From Eledone cirrhosa (taxonomy: Eukaryota), in the NCBI GenBank assembly GCA_964016885.1, contig OZ024747.1:78368001-78432000 (forward strand): a stretch of DNA of 64,000 bases, written 5' to 3'. This document shows positions 13,401 through 29,128 of this stretch, piece after piece. How positions within the stretch are numbered: the first letter of the stretch is position 1; each line of letters starts with the position of its first letter. The notes under the pieces were generated by a model that made no database searches, was not told the DNA's origin, and saw only the letters and a program-made list of their open reading frames with translations. The translations under genes were made by a program, and so were the position numbers.

Positions 13401-16400
13401 CCATATATTCTCTGGTCCATGGACCCTATCCCATATATTCTCTGGTCCATGGACCCTATCCCATATATTCTCTGGTCCATGGACCCTATCCCATATATTC
13501 TCTGGTCCATGGCCCCTATCCCATATATTCTCTGGTCCATGGACCCTATCTTATATATTCTCTGGTCCATCGACCCTATCCCATATATTCTCTGGTCCAT
13601 GGACCCTATCCCATATATTCTCTGGTCCATCGACCCTATCCCATATATTCTCTGGTCCATGGACCCTATCCCATATATTCTCTGGTCCATGGACCCTATC
13701 CCATATATTCTCTGGTCCATGGACCCTATCCCATATATTCTCTGGTCCATGGACCCTATCCCATATATTCTCTGGTCCATGGACCCTATCCTATATATTC
13801 TCTGGTCCATGGACCCTATCTTATATGTTCTCTGGTCCATCGACCCTATCCCATATATTCTCTGGTCCATGGACCCTATCCCATATATTCTCTGGTCCAT
13901 GGACCCTATCTTATATATTCTCTGGTCCATGGACCCTATCCCATATATTCTCTGGTCCATGGACCCTATCCCATATATTCTCTGGTCCATCGACCCTATC
14001 CCATATATTCTCTGGTCCATCGACCCTATCCCATATATTCTCTGGTCCATGGACCCTATCCCATATATTCTCTGGTCCATGGACCCTATCCCATATATTC
14101 TCTGGTCCATGGACCCTATCCCATATATTCTCTGGTCCATGGACCCTATCCCATATATTCTCTGGTCCATGGACCCTATCCCATATATTCTCTGGTCCAT
14201 GGACCCTATCTTATATGTTCTCTGGTCCATCGACCCTATCCCATATATTCTCTGGTCCATCGACCCTATCCCATATATTCTCTGGTCCATCGACCCTATC
14301 CCATATATTCTCTGGTCCATGGACCCTATCCCATATATTCTCTGGTCCATGGACCCTATCCCATATATTCTCTGGTCCATGGACCCTATCTTATATGTTC
14401 TCTGGTCCATCGACCCTATCCCATATATTCTCTGGTCCATGGACCCTATCCCATATATTCTCTGGTCCATGGACCCTATCCCATATATTCTCTGGTCCAT
14501 GGACCCTATCCCATATATTCTCTGGTCCATCGACCCTATCCCATATATTCTCTGGTCCATCGACCCTATCCCATATATTCTCTGGTCCATCGACCCTATC
14601 CCATATATTCTCTGGTCCATGGACCCTATCTTATATATTCTCTGGTCCATGGACCCTATCCCATATATTCTCTGGTCCATGGACCCTATCTTATATGTTC
14701 TCTGGTCCATCGACCCTATCCCATATATTCTCTGGTCCATCGACCCTATCCCATATATTCTCTGGTCCATGGACCCTATCCCATATATTCTCTGGTCCAT
14801 GGACCCTATCCCATATATTCTCTGGTCCATGGACCCTATCTTATATGTTCTCTGGTCCATCGACCCTATCCCATATATTCTCTGGTCCATGGACCCTATC
14901 CCATATATTCTCTGGTCCATGGACCCTATCCCATATATTCTCTGGTCCATGGACCCTATCTTATATATTCTCTGGTCCATGGACCCTATCTTATATATTC
15001 TCTGGTCCATGGACCCTATCCCATATATTCTCTGGTCCATGGACCCTATCTTATATGTTCTCTGGTCCATCGACCCTATCCCATATATTCTCTGGTCCAT
15101 CGACCCTATCCCATATATTCTCTGGTCCATGGACCCTATCCCATATATTCTCTGGTCCATGGACCCTATCTTATATGTTCTCTGGTCCATCGACCCTATC
15201 CCATATATTCTCTGGTCCATGGACCCTATCCCATATATTCTCTGGTCCATGGACCCTATCCCATATATTCTCTGGTCCATGGACCCTATCTTATATGTTC
15301 TCTGGTCCATGGACCCTATCCTATATATTCTCTGGTCCATCGACCCTATCCTATATATTCTCTGGTCCATGGACCCTATCTTATATATTCTCTGGTCCAT
15401 GGACCCTATCCCATATATTCTCTGGTCCATGGACCCTATCTTATATGTTCTCTGGTCCATCGACCCTATCCCATATATTCTCTGGTCCATGGACCCTATC
15501 CCATATATTCTCTGGTCCATGGACCCTATCCCATATATTCTCTGGTCCATCGACCCTATCCCATATATTCTCTGGTCCATGGACCCTATCTTATATATTC
15601 TCTGGTCCATCGACCCTATCCCATATATTCTCTGGTCCATGGACCCTATCCCATATATTCTCTGGTCCATCGACCCTATCCCATATATTCTCTGGTCCAT
15701 GGACCCTATCCCATATATTCTCTGGTCCATGGACCCTATCCCATATATTCTCTGGTCCATGGACCCTATCCCATATATTCTCTGGTCCATCGACCCTATC
15801 CCATATATTCTCTGGTCCATGGACCCTATCCCATATATTCTCTGGTCCATCGACCCTATCTTATATATTCTCTGGTCCATCGACCCTATCCCATATATTC
15901 TCTGGTCCATGGACCCTATCTTATATATTCTCTGGTCCATCGACCCTATCCCATATATTCTCTGGTCCATGGACCCTATCTTATATATTCTCTGGTCCAT
16001 CGACCCTATCCCATATATTCTCTGGTCCATGGACCCTATCCCATATATTCTCTGGTCCATCGACCCTATCCCATATATTCTCTGGTCCATGGACCCTATC
16101 CCATATATTCTCTGGTCCATCGACCCTATCCCATATATTCTCTGGTCCATGGACCCTATCCCATATATTCTCTGGTCCATCGACCCTATCCCATATATTC
16201 TCTGGTCCATGGACCCTATCCATATATTCTCTGGTCCATCGACCCTATCCCATATATTCTCTGGTCCATGGACCCTATCCTATATATTCTCTGGTCCATG
16301 GACCCTATCCCATATATTCTCTGGTCCATCGACCCTATCCCATATATTCTCTGGTCCATCGACCCTATCCCATATATTCTCTGGTCCATGGACCCTATCT

Positions 16401-19400
16401 TATATATTCTCTGGTCCATGGACCCTATCCCATATATTCTCTGGTCCATGGACCCTATCCCATATATTCTCTGGTCCATGGACCCTATCCTATATATTCT
16501 CTGGTCCATGGACCCTATCTTATATGTTCTCTGGTCCATCGACCCTATCCCATATATTCTCTGGTCCATGGACCCTATCCTATATATTCTCTGGTCCATG
16601 GACCCTATCCCATATATTCTCTGGTCCATCGGACCCTATCCCATATATTCTCTGGTCCATGGACCCTATCCCATATATTCTCTGGTCCATCGACCCTATC
16701 CCATATATTCTCTGGTCCATGGACCCTATCTTATATGTTCTCTGGTCTATGGACCCTATCCCATATATTCTCTGGTCCATCGACCCTATCCCATATATTC
16801 TCTGGTCCATCGACCCTATCCCATATATTCTCTGGTCCATGGACCCTATCTTATATATTCTCTGGTCTATGGACCCTATCCCATATATTCTCTGGTCCAT
16901 CGACCCTATCCCATATATTCTCTGGTCCATGGACCCTATCTTATATGTTCTCTGGTCTATGGACCCTATCCCATATATTCTCTGGTCCATCGACCCTATC
17001 CCATATATTCTCTGGTCCATGGACCCTATCCCATATATTCTCTGGTCCATGGACCCTATCCCATATATTCTCTGGTCCATGGACCCTATCCCATATATTC
17101 TCTGGTCCATCGACCCTATCCCATATATTCTCTGGTCCATGGACCCTATCCCATATATTCTCTGGTCCATCGACCCTATCCCATATATTCTCTGGTCCAT
17201 GGACCCTATCCCATATATTCTCTGGTCCATCGACCCTATCCCATATATTCTCTGGTCCATCGACCCTATCCCATATATTCTCTGGTCCATGGACCCTATC
17301 CCATATATTCTCTGGTCCATGGACCCTATCCCATATATTCTCTGGTCCATGGACCCTATCCCATATATTCTCTGGTCCATGGACCCTATCCCATATATTC
17401 TCTGGTCCATGGACCCTATCCCATATATTCTCTGGTCCATCGACCCTATCCCATATATTCTCTGGTCCATGGACCCTATCCCATATATTCTCTGGTCCAT
17501 GGACCCTATCCCATATATTCTCTGGTCCATCGACCCTATCCCATATATTCTCTGGTCCATGGACCCTATCCCATATATTCTCTGGTCCATGGACCCTATC
17601 CCATATATTCTCTGGTCCATCGACCCTATCCCATATATTCTCTGGTCCATGGACCCTATCCCATATATTCTCTGGTCCATGGACCCTATCCCATATATTC
17701 TCTGGTCCATGGACCCTATCCCATATATTCTCTGGTCCATGGACCCTATCTTATATGTTCTCTGGTCCATCGACCCTATCCCATATATTCTCTGGTCCAT
17801 CGACCCTATCTTATATATTCTCTGGTCCATGGACCCTATCCCATATATTCTCTGGTCCATGGACCCTATCCCATATATTCTCTGGTCCATGGACCCTATC
17901 CCATATGTTCTCTGGTCCATGGACCCTATCCCATATATTCTCTGGTCCATCGACCCTATCTTATATGTTCTCTGGTCCATCGACCCTATCCCATATATTC
18001 TCTGGTCCATCGACCCTATCCTATATATTCTCTGGTCCATGGACCCTATCTTATATGTTCTCTGGTCCATCGACCCTATCTTATATATTCTCTCGTCCAT
18101 GGACCCTATCTTATATATTCTCTGGTCCATCGACCCTATCCCATATATTCTCTGGTCCATCGACCCTATCCCATATATTCTCTGGTCCATCGACCCTATC
18201 CTATATATTCTCTGGTCCATGGACCCTATCCCATATGTTCTCTGGTCCATCGACCCTATCCCATATATTCTCTGGTCCATCGACCCTATCCCATATATTC
18301 TCTGGTCCATGGACCCTATCTTATATATTCTCTGGTCCATCGACCCTATCCTATATATTCTCTGGTCCATGGACCCTATCTTATATATTCTCTGGTCCAT
18401 CGACCCTATCCCATATATTCTCTGGTCCATCGACCCTATCTTATATGTTCTCTGGTCCATCGACCCTATCCCATATATTCTCTGGTCCATGGACCCTATC
18501 CCATATATTCTCTGGTCCATGGACCCTATCCCATATATTCTCTGGTCCATCGACCCTATCCCATATATTCTCTGGTCCATGGACCCTATCCCATATATTC
18601 TCTGGTCCATGGACCCTATCCCATATATTCTCTGGTCCATCGACCCTATCCCATATATTCTCTGGTCCATCGACCCTATCCCATATATTCTCTGGTCCAT
18701 GGACCCTATCCCATATATTCTCTGGTCCATCGACCCTATCCCATATATTCTCTGGTCCATCGACCCTATCCCATATATTCTCTGGTCCATGGACCCTATC
18801 CCATATATTCTCTGGTCCATGGACCCTATCCCATATATTCTCTGGTCCATCGACCCTATCCCATATATTCTCTGGTCCATGGACCCTATCCCATATATTC
18901 TCTGGTCCATGGACCCTATCCCATATATTCTCTGGTCCATCGACCCTATCCCATATATTCTCTGGTCCATCGACCCTATCCCATATATTCTCTGGTCCAT
19001 GGACCCTATCCCATATATTCTCTGGTCCATCGACCCTATCCCATATATTCTCTGGTCCATCGACCCTATCCCATATATTCTCTGGTCCATGGACCCTATC
19101 CCATATATTCTCTGGTCCATGGACCCTATCCCATATATTCTCTGGTCCATCGACCCTATCCCATATATTCTCTGGTCCATCGACCCTATCCCATATATTC
19201 TCTGGTCCATGGACCCTATCCCATATATTCTCTGGTCCATCGACCCTATCCCATATATTCTCTGGTCCATCGACCCTATCCCATATATTCTCTGGTCCAT
19301 GGACCCTATCCCATATATTCTCTGGTCCATGGACCCTATCCCATATATTCTCTGGTCCATCGACCCTATCCCATATATTCTCTGGTCCATCGACCCTATC

Positions 19401-22400
19401 CCATATATTCTCTGGTCCATGGACCCTATCCCATATATTCTCTGGTCCATGGACCCTATCCCATATATTCTCTGGTCCATCGACCCTATCCCATATATTC
19501 TCTGGTCCATCGACCCTATCCCATATATTCTCTGGTCCATGGACCCTATCCCATATATTCTCTGGTCCATCGACCCTATCCCATATATTCTCTGGTCCAT
19601 GGACCCTATCCCATATATTCTCTGGTCCATCGACCCTATCCCATATATTCTCTGGTCCATGGACCCTATCCCATATATTCTCTGGTCCATGGACCCTATC
19701 TTATATGTTCTCTGGTCCATCGACCCTATCCCATATATTCTCTGGTCCATGGACCCTATCTTATATGTTCTCTGGTCCATCGACCCTATCCCATATATTC
19801 TCTGGTCCATGGACCCTATCCCATATATTCTCTGGTCCATCGACCCTATCCCATATATTCTCTGGTCCATCGACCCTATCCCATATATTCTCTGGTCCAT
19901 CGACCCTATCCCATATATTCTCTGGTCCATGGACCCTATCCCATATGTTCTCTGGTCCATCGACCCTATCCCATATATTCTCTGGTCCATGGACCCTATC
20001 CTATATATTCTCTGGTCCATGGACCCTATCCCATATGTTCTCTGGTCCATCGACCCTATCCCATATATTCTCTGGTCCATCGACCCTATCCCATATATTC
20101 TCTGGTCCATCGACCCTATCCCATATATTCTCTGGTCCATCGACCCTATCCCATATATTCTCTGGTCCATGGACCCTATCCCATATGTTCTCTGGTCCAT
20201 CGACCCTATCCCATATATTCTCTGGTCCATGGACCCTATCCTATATATTCTCTGGTCCATGGACCCTATCCCATATGTTCTCTGGTCCATCGACCCTATC
20301 CCATATATTCTCTGGTCCATCGACCCTATCCCATATATTCTCTGGTCCATCGACCCTATCCCATATATTCTCTGGTCCATGGACCCTATCCCATATATTC
20401 TCTGGTCCATCGACCCTATCCCATATATTCTCTGGTCCATGGACCCTATCTTATATATTCTCTGGTCCATGGACCCTATCCCATATATTCTCTGGTCCAT
20501 GGACCCTATCCCATATATTCTCTGGTCCATCGACCCTATCCCATATATTCTCTGGTCCATGGACCCTATCTTATATATTCTCTGGTCCATGGACCCTATC
20601 CCATATATTCTCTGGTCCATGGACCCTATCCTATATATTCTCTGGTCCATCGACCCTATCCCATATATTCTCTGGTCCATCGACCCTATCCCATATATTC
20701 TCTGGTCCATCGACCCTATCCCATATATTCTCTGGTCCATGGACCCTATCTTATATATTCTCTGGTCCATGGACCCTATCCCATATATTCTCTGGTCCAT
20801 CGACCCTATCCCATATATTCTCTGGTCCATCGACCCTATCCCATATATTCTCTGGTCCATCGACCCTATCCCATATATTCTCTGGTCCATGGACCCTATC
20901 CCATATATTCTCTGGTCCATCGACCCTATCCCATATATTCTCTGGTCCATCGACCCTATCCCATATATTCTCTGGTCCATCGACCCTATCCCATATATTC
21001 TCTGGTCCATCGACCCTATCCCATATATTCTCTGGTCCATCGACCCTATCCCATATATTCTCTGGTCCATCGACCCTATCCCATATATTCTCTGGTCTAT
21101 GGACCCTATCCCATATATTCTCTGGTCCATGGACCCTATCCCATATATTCTCTGGTCCATGGACCCTATCCCATATATTCTCTGGTCCATCGACCCTATC
21201 CCATATATTCTCTGGTCCATCGACCCTATCCCATATATTCTCTGGTCCATCGACCCTATCCCATATATTCTCTGGTCCATGGACCCTATCCCATATATTC
21301 TCTGGTCCATCGACCCTATCCCATATATTCTCTGGTCCATGGACCCTATCTTATATATTCTCTGGTCCATGGACCCTATCCCATATATTCTCTGGTCCAT
21401 GGACCCTATCCCATATATTCTCTGGTCCATCGACCCTATCCCATATATTCTCTGGTCCATGGACCCTATCCCATATATTCTCTGGTCCATCGACCCTATC
21501 CCATATATTCTCTGGTCCATGGACCCTATCTTATATATTCTCTGGTCCATGGACCCTATCCCATATATTCTCTGGTCCATCGACCCTATCCCATATATTC
21601 TCTGGTCCATCGACCCTATCCCATATATTCTCTGGTCTATGGACCCTATCCCATATGTTCTCTGGTCCATCGACCCTATCCCATATATTCTCTGGTCCAT
21701 CGACCCTATCCCATATATTCTCTGGTCCATCGACCCTATCCCATATATTCTCTGGTCCATGGACCCTATCCCATATATTCTCTGGTCCATCGACCCTATC
21801 CCATATATTCTCTGGTCCATCGACCCTATCTTATATATTCTCTGGTCCATCGACCCTATCCCATATATTCTCTGGTCCATGGACCCTATCCCATATATTC
21901 TCTGGTCCATCGACCCTATCCCATATATTCTCTGGTCCATGGACCCTATCCCATATATTCTCTGGTCCATGGACCCTATCCCATATATTCTCTGGTCCAT
22001 CGACCCTATCCCATATATTCTCTGGTCCATCGACCCTATCCCATATATTCTCTGGTCCATGGACCCTATCCCATATATTCTCTGGTCCATGGACCCTATC
22101 TTATATATTCTCTGGTCCATGGACCCTATCTTATATGTTCTCTGGTCCATCGACCCTATCCCATATATTCTCTGGTCCATCGACCCTATCCCATATATTC
22201 TCTGGTCCATGGACCCTATCTTATATATTCTCTGGTCCATGGACCCTATCTTATATGTTCTCTGGTCCATCGACCCTATCCCATATATTCTCTGGTCCAT
22301 CGACCCTATCCCATATATTCTCTGGTCCATGGACCCTATCCCATATATTCTCTGGTCCATGGACCCTATCCCATATATTCTCTGGTCCATGGACCCTATC

Positions 22401-25400
22401 CCATATATTCTCTGGTCCATGGACCCTATCTTATATATTCTCTGGTCCATGGACCCTATCTTATATGTTCTCTGGTCCATCGACCCTATCCCATATATTC
22501 TCTGGTCCATGGACCCTATCTTATATATTCTCTGGTCCATGGACCCTATCTTATATGTTCTCTGGTCCATCGACCCTATCCCATATATTCTCTGGTCCAT
22601 GGACCCTATCTTATATATTCTCTGGTCCATGGACCCTATCCCATATATTCTCTGGTCCATCGACCCTATCCCATATATTCTCTGGTCCATGGACCCTATC
22701 CCATATATTCTCTGGTCCATCGACCCTATCCCATATATTCTCTGGTCCATGGACCCTATCCCATATATTCTCTGGTCCATCGACCCTATCCCATATATTC
22801 TCTGGTCCATGGACCCTATCCCATATATTCTCTGGTCCATGGACCCTATCCCATATATTCTCTGGTCCATCGACCCTATCCCATATATTCTCTGGTCCAT
22901 GGACCCTATCTTATATATTCTCTGGTCCATCGACCCTATCCCATATATTCTCTGGTCCATGGACCCTATCCCATATATTCTCTGGTCCATGGACCCTATC
23001 CCATATATTCTCTGGTCCATCGACCCTATCCCATATATTCTCTGGTCCATGGACCCTATCTTATATATTCTCTGGTCCATGGACCCTATCCCATATATTC
23101 TCTGGTCCATCGACCCTATCCCATATATTCTCTGGTCCATGGACCCTATCCCATATATTCTCTGGTCCATCGACCCTATCCCATATATTCTCTGGTCCAT
23201 GGACCCTATCTTATATATTCTCTGGTCCATGGACCCTATCCCATATATTCTCTGGTCCATCGACCCTATCCCATATATTCTCTGGTCCATGGACCCTATC
23301 CCATATATTCTCTGGTCCATCGACCCTATCCCATATATTCTCTGGTCCATGGACCCTATCCCATATATTCTCTGGTCCATCGACCCTATCCCATATATTC
23401 TCTGGTCCATGGACCCTATCCTATATATTCTCTGGTCCATCGACCCTATCCCATATATTCTCTGGTCCATCGACCCTATCCCATATATTCTCTGGTCCAT
23501 CGACCCTATCCCATATATTCTCTGGTCCATGGACCCTATCTTATATATTCTCTGGTCCATGGACCCTATCCCATATATTCTCTGGTCCATGGACCCTATC
23601 CCATATATTCTCTGGTCCATCGACCCTATCCCATATATTCTCTGGTCCATCGACCCTATCCCATATATTCTCTGGTCCATGGACCCTATCCCATATATTC
23701 TCTGGTCCATCGACCCTATCCCATATATTCTCTGGTCCATCGACCCTATCCCATATATTCTCTGGTCCATCGACCCTATCCCATATATTCTCTGGTCCAT
23801 CGACCCTATCCCATATATTCTCTGGTCCATCGACCCTATCCCATATATTCTCTGGTCCATGGACCCTATCTTATATATTCTCTGGTCCATGGACCCTATC
23901 CCATATATTCTCTGGTCCATGGACCCTATCCCATATATTCTCTGGTCCATCGACCCTATCCCATATATTCTCTGGTCCATGGACCCTATCCCATATATTC
24001 TCTGGTCCATCGACCCTATCCCATATATTCTCTGGTCCATGGACCCTATCTTATATATTCTCTGGTCCATGGACCCTATCCCATATATTCTCTGGTCCAT
24101 GGACCCTATCCCATATATTCTCTGGTCCATCGACCCTATCCCATATATTCTCTGGTCCATGGACCCTATCCCATATATTCTCTGGTCCATCGACCCTATC
24201 CCATATATTCTCTGGTCCATGGACCCTATCTTATATATTCTCTGGTCCATCGACCCTATCCCATATATTCTCTGGTCCATGGACCCTATCCCATATATTC
24301 TCTGGTCCATCGACCCTATCCCATATATTCTCTGGTCCATCGACCCTATCCCATATATTCTCTGGTCCATGGACCCTATCCCATATATTCTCTGGTCCAT
24401 GGACCCTATCCCATATATTCTCTGGTCCATCGACCCTATCCCATATATTCTCTGGTCCATGGACCCTATCCCATATATTCTATGGTCCATCGACCCTATC
24501 CCATATATTCTCTGGTCCATCGACCCTATCCCATATATTCTCTGGTCCATGGACCCTATCCCATATATTCTCTGGTCCATGGACCCTATCCCATATATTC
24601 TCTGGTCCATCGACCCTATCCCATATATTCTCTGGTCCATGGACCCTATCCCATATATTCTCTGGTCCATGGACCCTATCCCATATATTCTCTGGTCCAT
24701 GGACCCTATCTTATATATTCTCTGGTCCATGGACCCTATCCCATATATTCTCTGGTCCATGGACCCTATCCCATATATTCTCTGGTCCATGGACCCTATC
24801 CCATATATTCTCTGGTCCATGGACCCTATCCCATATATTCTCTGGTCCATGGACCCTATCCCATATATTCTCTGGTCCATGGACCCTATCTTATATATTC
24901 TCTGGTCCATCGACCCTATCCCATATATTCTCTGGTCCATGGACCCTATCCCATATATTCTCTGGTCCATCGACCCTATCCCATATATTCTCTGGTCCAT
25001 GGACCCTATCTTATATATTCTCTGGTCCATGGACCCTATCCCATATATTCTCTGGTCCATGGACCCTATCCCATATATTCTCTGGTCCATCGACCCTATC
25101 CCATATATTCTCTGGTCCATCGACCCTATCCCATATATTCTCTGGTCCATGGACCCTATCTTATATATTCTCTGGTCCATGGACCCTATCCCATATATTC
25201 TCTGGTCCATCGACCCTATCCCATATATTCTCTGGTCCATGGACCCTATCTTATATATTCTCTGGTCCATGGACCCTATCCCATATATTCTCTGGTCCAT
25301 GGACCCTATCCCATATATTCTCTGGTCCATCGACCCTATCCCATATATTCTCTGGTCCATCGACCCTATCCCATATATTCTCTGGTCCATGGACCCTATC

Positions 25401-27372
25401 TTATATATTCTCTGGTCCATGGACCCTATCCCATATATTCTCTGGTCCATGGACCCTATCTTATATATTCTCTGGTCCATGGACCCTATCCCATATATTC
25501 TCTGGTCCATCGACCCTATCCCATATATTCTCTGGTCCATGGACCCTATCCCATATATTCTCTGGTCCATGGACCCTATCCCATATATTCTCTGGTCCAT
25601 GGACCCTATCCCATATATTCTCTGGTCCATGGACCCTATCCCATATATTCTCTGGTCCATGGACCCTATCCCATATATTCTCTGGTCCATGGACCCTATC
25701 CCATATATTCTCTGGTCCATGGACCCTATCTTATATATTCTCTGGTCCATGGACCCTATCCCATATATTCTCTGGTCCATGGACCCTATCCCATATATTC
25801 TCTGGTCCATCGACCCTATCCCATATATTCTCTGGTCCATGGACCCTATCCCATATATTCTCTGGTCCATGGACCCTATCCCATATATTCTCTGGTCCAT
25901 CGACCCTATCCCATATATTCTCTGGTCCATGGACCCTATCCCATATATTCTCTGGTCCATCGACCCTATCCCATATATTCTCTGGTCCATGGACCCTATC
26001 CCATATATTCTCTGGTCCATGGACCCTATCTTATATATTCTCTGGTCCATGGACCCTATCTTATATGTTCTCTGGTCCATCGACCCTATCCCATATATTC
26101 TCTGGTCCATGGACCCTATCTTATATATTCTCTGGTCCATGGACCCTATCCCATATATTCTCTGGTCCATCGACCCTATCCCATATATTCTCTGGTCCAT
26201 GGACCCTATCTTATATATTCTCTGGTCCATGGACCCTATCTTATATGTTCTCTGGTCCATCGACCCTATCCCATATATTCTCTGGTCCATGGACCCTATC
26301 TTATATGTTCTCTGGTCCATGGACCCTATCCCATATATTCTCTGGTCCATGGACCCTATCTTATATGTTCTCTGGTCCATCGACCCTATCCCATATATTC
26401 TCTGGTCCATCGACCCTATCTTATATGTTCTCTGGTCCATGGACCCTATCCCATATATTCTCTGGTCCATGGACCCTATCTTATATGTTCTCTGGTCCAT
26501 GGACCCTATCCCATATATTCTCTGGTCCATGGAACCTATCTTATATGTTCTCTGGTCCATCGACCCTATCCCATATATTCTCTGGTCCATGGACCCTATC
26601 CCATATATTCTCTGGTCCATGGACCCTATCCCATATATTCTCTGGTCCATGGACCCTATCCCATATATTCTCTGGTCCATGGACCCTATCCCATATATTC
26701 TCTGGTCCATGGACCCTATCCTATATATTCTCTGGTCCATGGACCCTATCCCATATATTCTCTGGTCCATGGACCCTATCCCATATATTCTCTGGTCCAT
26801 GGACCCTATCCCATATATTCTCTGGTCCATGGACCCTATCCCATATATTCTCTGGTCCATGGACCCTATCCCATATATTCTCTGGTCCATGGACCCTATC
26901 CCATATATTCTCTGGTCCATGGACCCTATCCCATATATTCTCTGGTCCATGGACCCTATCCCATATATTCTCTGGTCCATGGACCCTATCCCATATATTC
27001 TCTGGTCCATCGACCCTATCCCATATATTCTCTGGTCCATGGACCCTATCCTATATATTCTCTGGTCCATGGACCCTATCCCATATATTCTCTGGTCCAT
27101 GGAACCTATCCCATATATTCTCTGGTCCATGGACCCTATCCCATATATTCTCTGGTCCATGGACCCTATCCCATATATTCTCTGGTCCATGGACCCTATC
27201 CCATATATTCTCTGGTCCATGGACCCTATCCCATATATTCTCTGGTCCATGGACCCTATCCCATATATTCTCTGGTCCATGGAACCTATCTTATATATTC
27301 TCTGATCCATGAACCCTACCTTATATATTCTCCGGTCCATGACCCCTACTTCCTTTAATCTGGTCCTATAAC
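10482..27372. repeat. satellite DNA array, 30-bp unit, ~560 copies
   Basis: unit TCTGGTCCAT(G/C)GACCCTATC(CC/TT/CT)ATAT(A/G)TTC; degenerate terminal units at 27301-27372. Confidence 0.99.
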
Positions 27373-27514
27373 CCCCCCCCCCCCGTACTCTAACCCATTC
27401 CTACAGACACCAATTAACAGTTACGTTGATCCAACTCGTTTTTACATAATATATTTCTTATATATCTTGGTTGGTTGGCAAATAAGAAAGAAAGGAAGAA
27501 GAAGAAAGATTATA

Positions 27515-27742
27515 GGGAACACATTAATAGGTGTTTAATAGGGACAATAGGTGTTTAATAGGACAATAGGTGTTTAATAGGGACACATGACTCTAGTATA
27601 GGGACACATTAATAGGTGTTTAATAGGGACAATAGGTGTTTAAAAGGGACACATTAATAGGTGTTTAATAGGACAATAGGTGTTTAAGAGGGACATATAA
27701 CTCTATTATAGGGACACATTAATAGGTGTTTTATAGGGACAT
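27515..27742. repeat. degenerate 18-24-bp minisatellite
   Basis: GGGACA(CATT)AATAGGTGTTTAATA repeated ~9 times. Confidence 0.85.
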
Positions 27743-27914
27743 AAAACTCTGTTGACATCTGATTCACTTGTCCACTTTAATTCTTTCATTTATTTGTTTT
27801 GTTCAGGTAGAAAGCTGTGTCAAACAGAAACATTTCAAGAATTCTTCAACGGTCACCTAGAAAAAAGGAGATTGAAAACACTATTTATGTATACATGTAT
27901 ACGTAAGGGATAGG

Positions 27915-28026
<112 letters not shown>

Positions 28027-28127
28027 GTGTGTATGTATGTATGTAAAAGGTAAACAGAAATACAGAAATAACAACACAATCGGTACAGTATAAGGAAGGA
28101 ATATATTAGGTTATACACACACACACA

Positions 28128-28180
<53 letters not shown>

Positions 28181-28288
28181 AGAGAGATACATAGAGAGAG
28201 GTGGGAAGAAAGTGCTAGATAGATAGATAGAAAGGGACATACACACAGAGAAAGGTAGAGAGAAAGAGGTAATTGCTAACTAGACAGA

Positions 28289-28372
<84 letters not shown>

Positions 28373-28923
28373 CTGTTGTTATTTAGCCCCAAATCAGCCT
28401 GATCCACCATACTTATAATCAAAGGTGTTTCAACATTCACCATCTTGTTTTTTTCGTATAACTAAGACTTCATTGTTCAATGTGTTTTTTCTGTTTAAAG
28501 AGGGTAGAAGGTGATTTGATAGAACTTGCCTGTTCTTTCTAGCAGGTCGAATGACCATGTTGAGGTCCCCTTGACTTGTAAAAAGATGCTGTTATATTTA
28601 GGTGAACAAGATATAAGAAATAGTTAGGTCATAGACGCTATAAAACATGTTTCACAATAGATTTCTGACAGCAACAATAATAAAGGAACTTTTTTTAATC
28701 GTTATTTGAACAATTCTTGCAAAGGTCCCTAATTAATATTCATGAATATTCTCGGCTTGGGACCAAGGGGAGAAAGGAGGGACAACTAGGTGACACATAC
28801 TTATTCACATATACACACATACTCATACACATATACGCACATACTCATGCACAGATACACACATACTCATACACTGAGGTGGGGGAAGCTTTTTATAACA
28901 TTATATAAGCATTATATTTATAA

Positions 28924-29128
28924 GGCGGTGGATTGGCAAGGGCGGTGGATTGGCAGTATCGGTGGAGGGTCGGACGCCATGCTTTCCAGCATAGTTACGT
29001 CCCTTTACGATCTGCGTTCAAATCCCGCCGAGGTTGACTTTGCCTTTCATCCTTACGGGGTCGATAAAATAAAGTACCAGTAATGCACTGGGTAATTGCT
29101 GGCCTTGTGCCTAAAGTAGAAACAATTA
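28924..29128 (+). mobile_element. tRNA-derived SINE with 16-bp TSD
   Basis: full family consensus; ATTATATTTATAAGGC at 28911-28926 and 29125-29140. Confidence 0.9.

Noticed and set aside
16221-16631. Compensating -1/+1 indels suggesting selection on reading frame
   Set aside because: A lost C in a C-run and a unit carrying both C and G variants (CCATCGGACC) look like consensus errors or chance; no coding inference is possible.
10466-27358. Giant ORFs of 1914-5605 aa
   Set aside because: The 30-bp unit has no stop in any plus frame or in one minus frame. Several overlapping frames are equally open and there are no unique termini or domains, so this is a satellite artefact.
10482-27372. CRISPR-like array (30-bp palindromic repeat)
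   Set aside because: Units are contiguous with no unique spacers, there are no cas genes, and the context is eukaryotic.
28924-29020. tRNA genes
   Set aside because: A/B-box-like heads belong to SINEs; no cloverleaf is evident.
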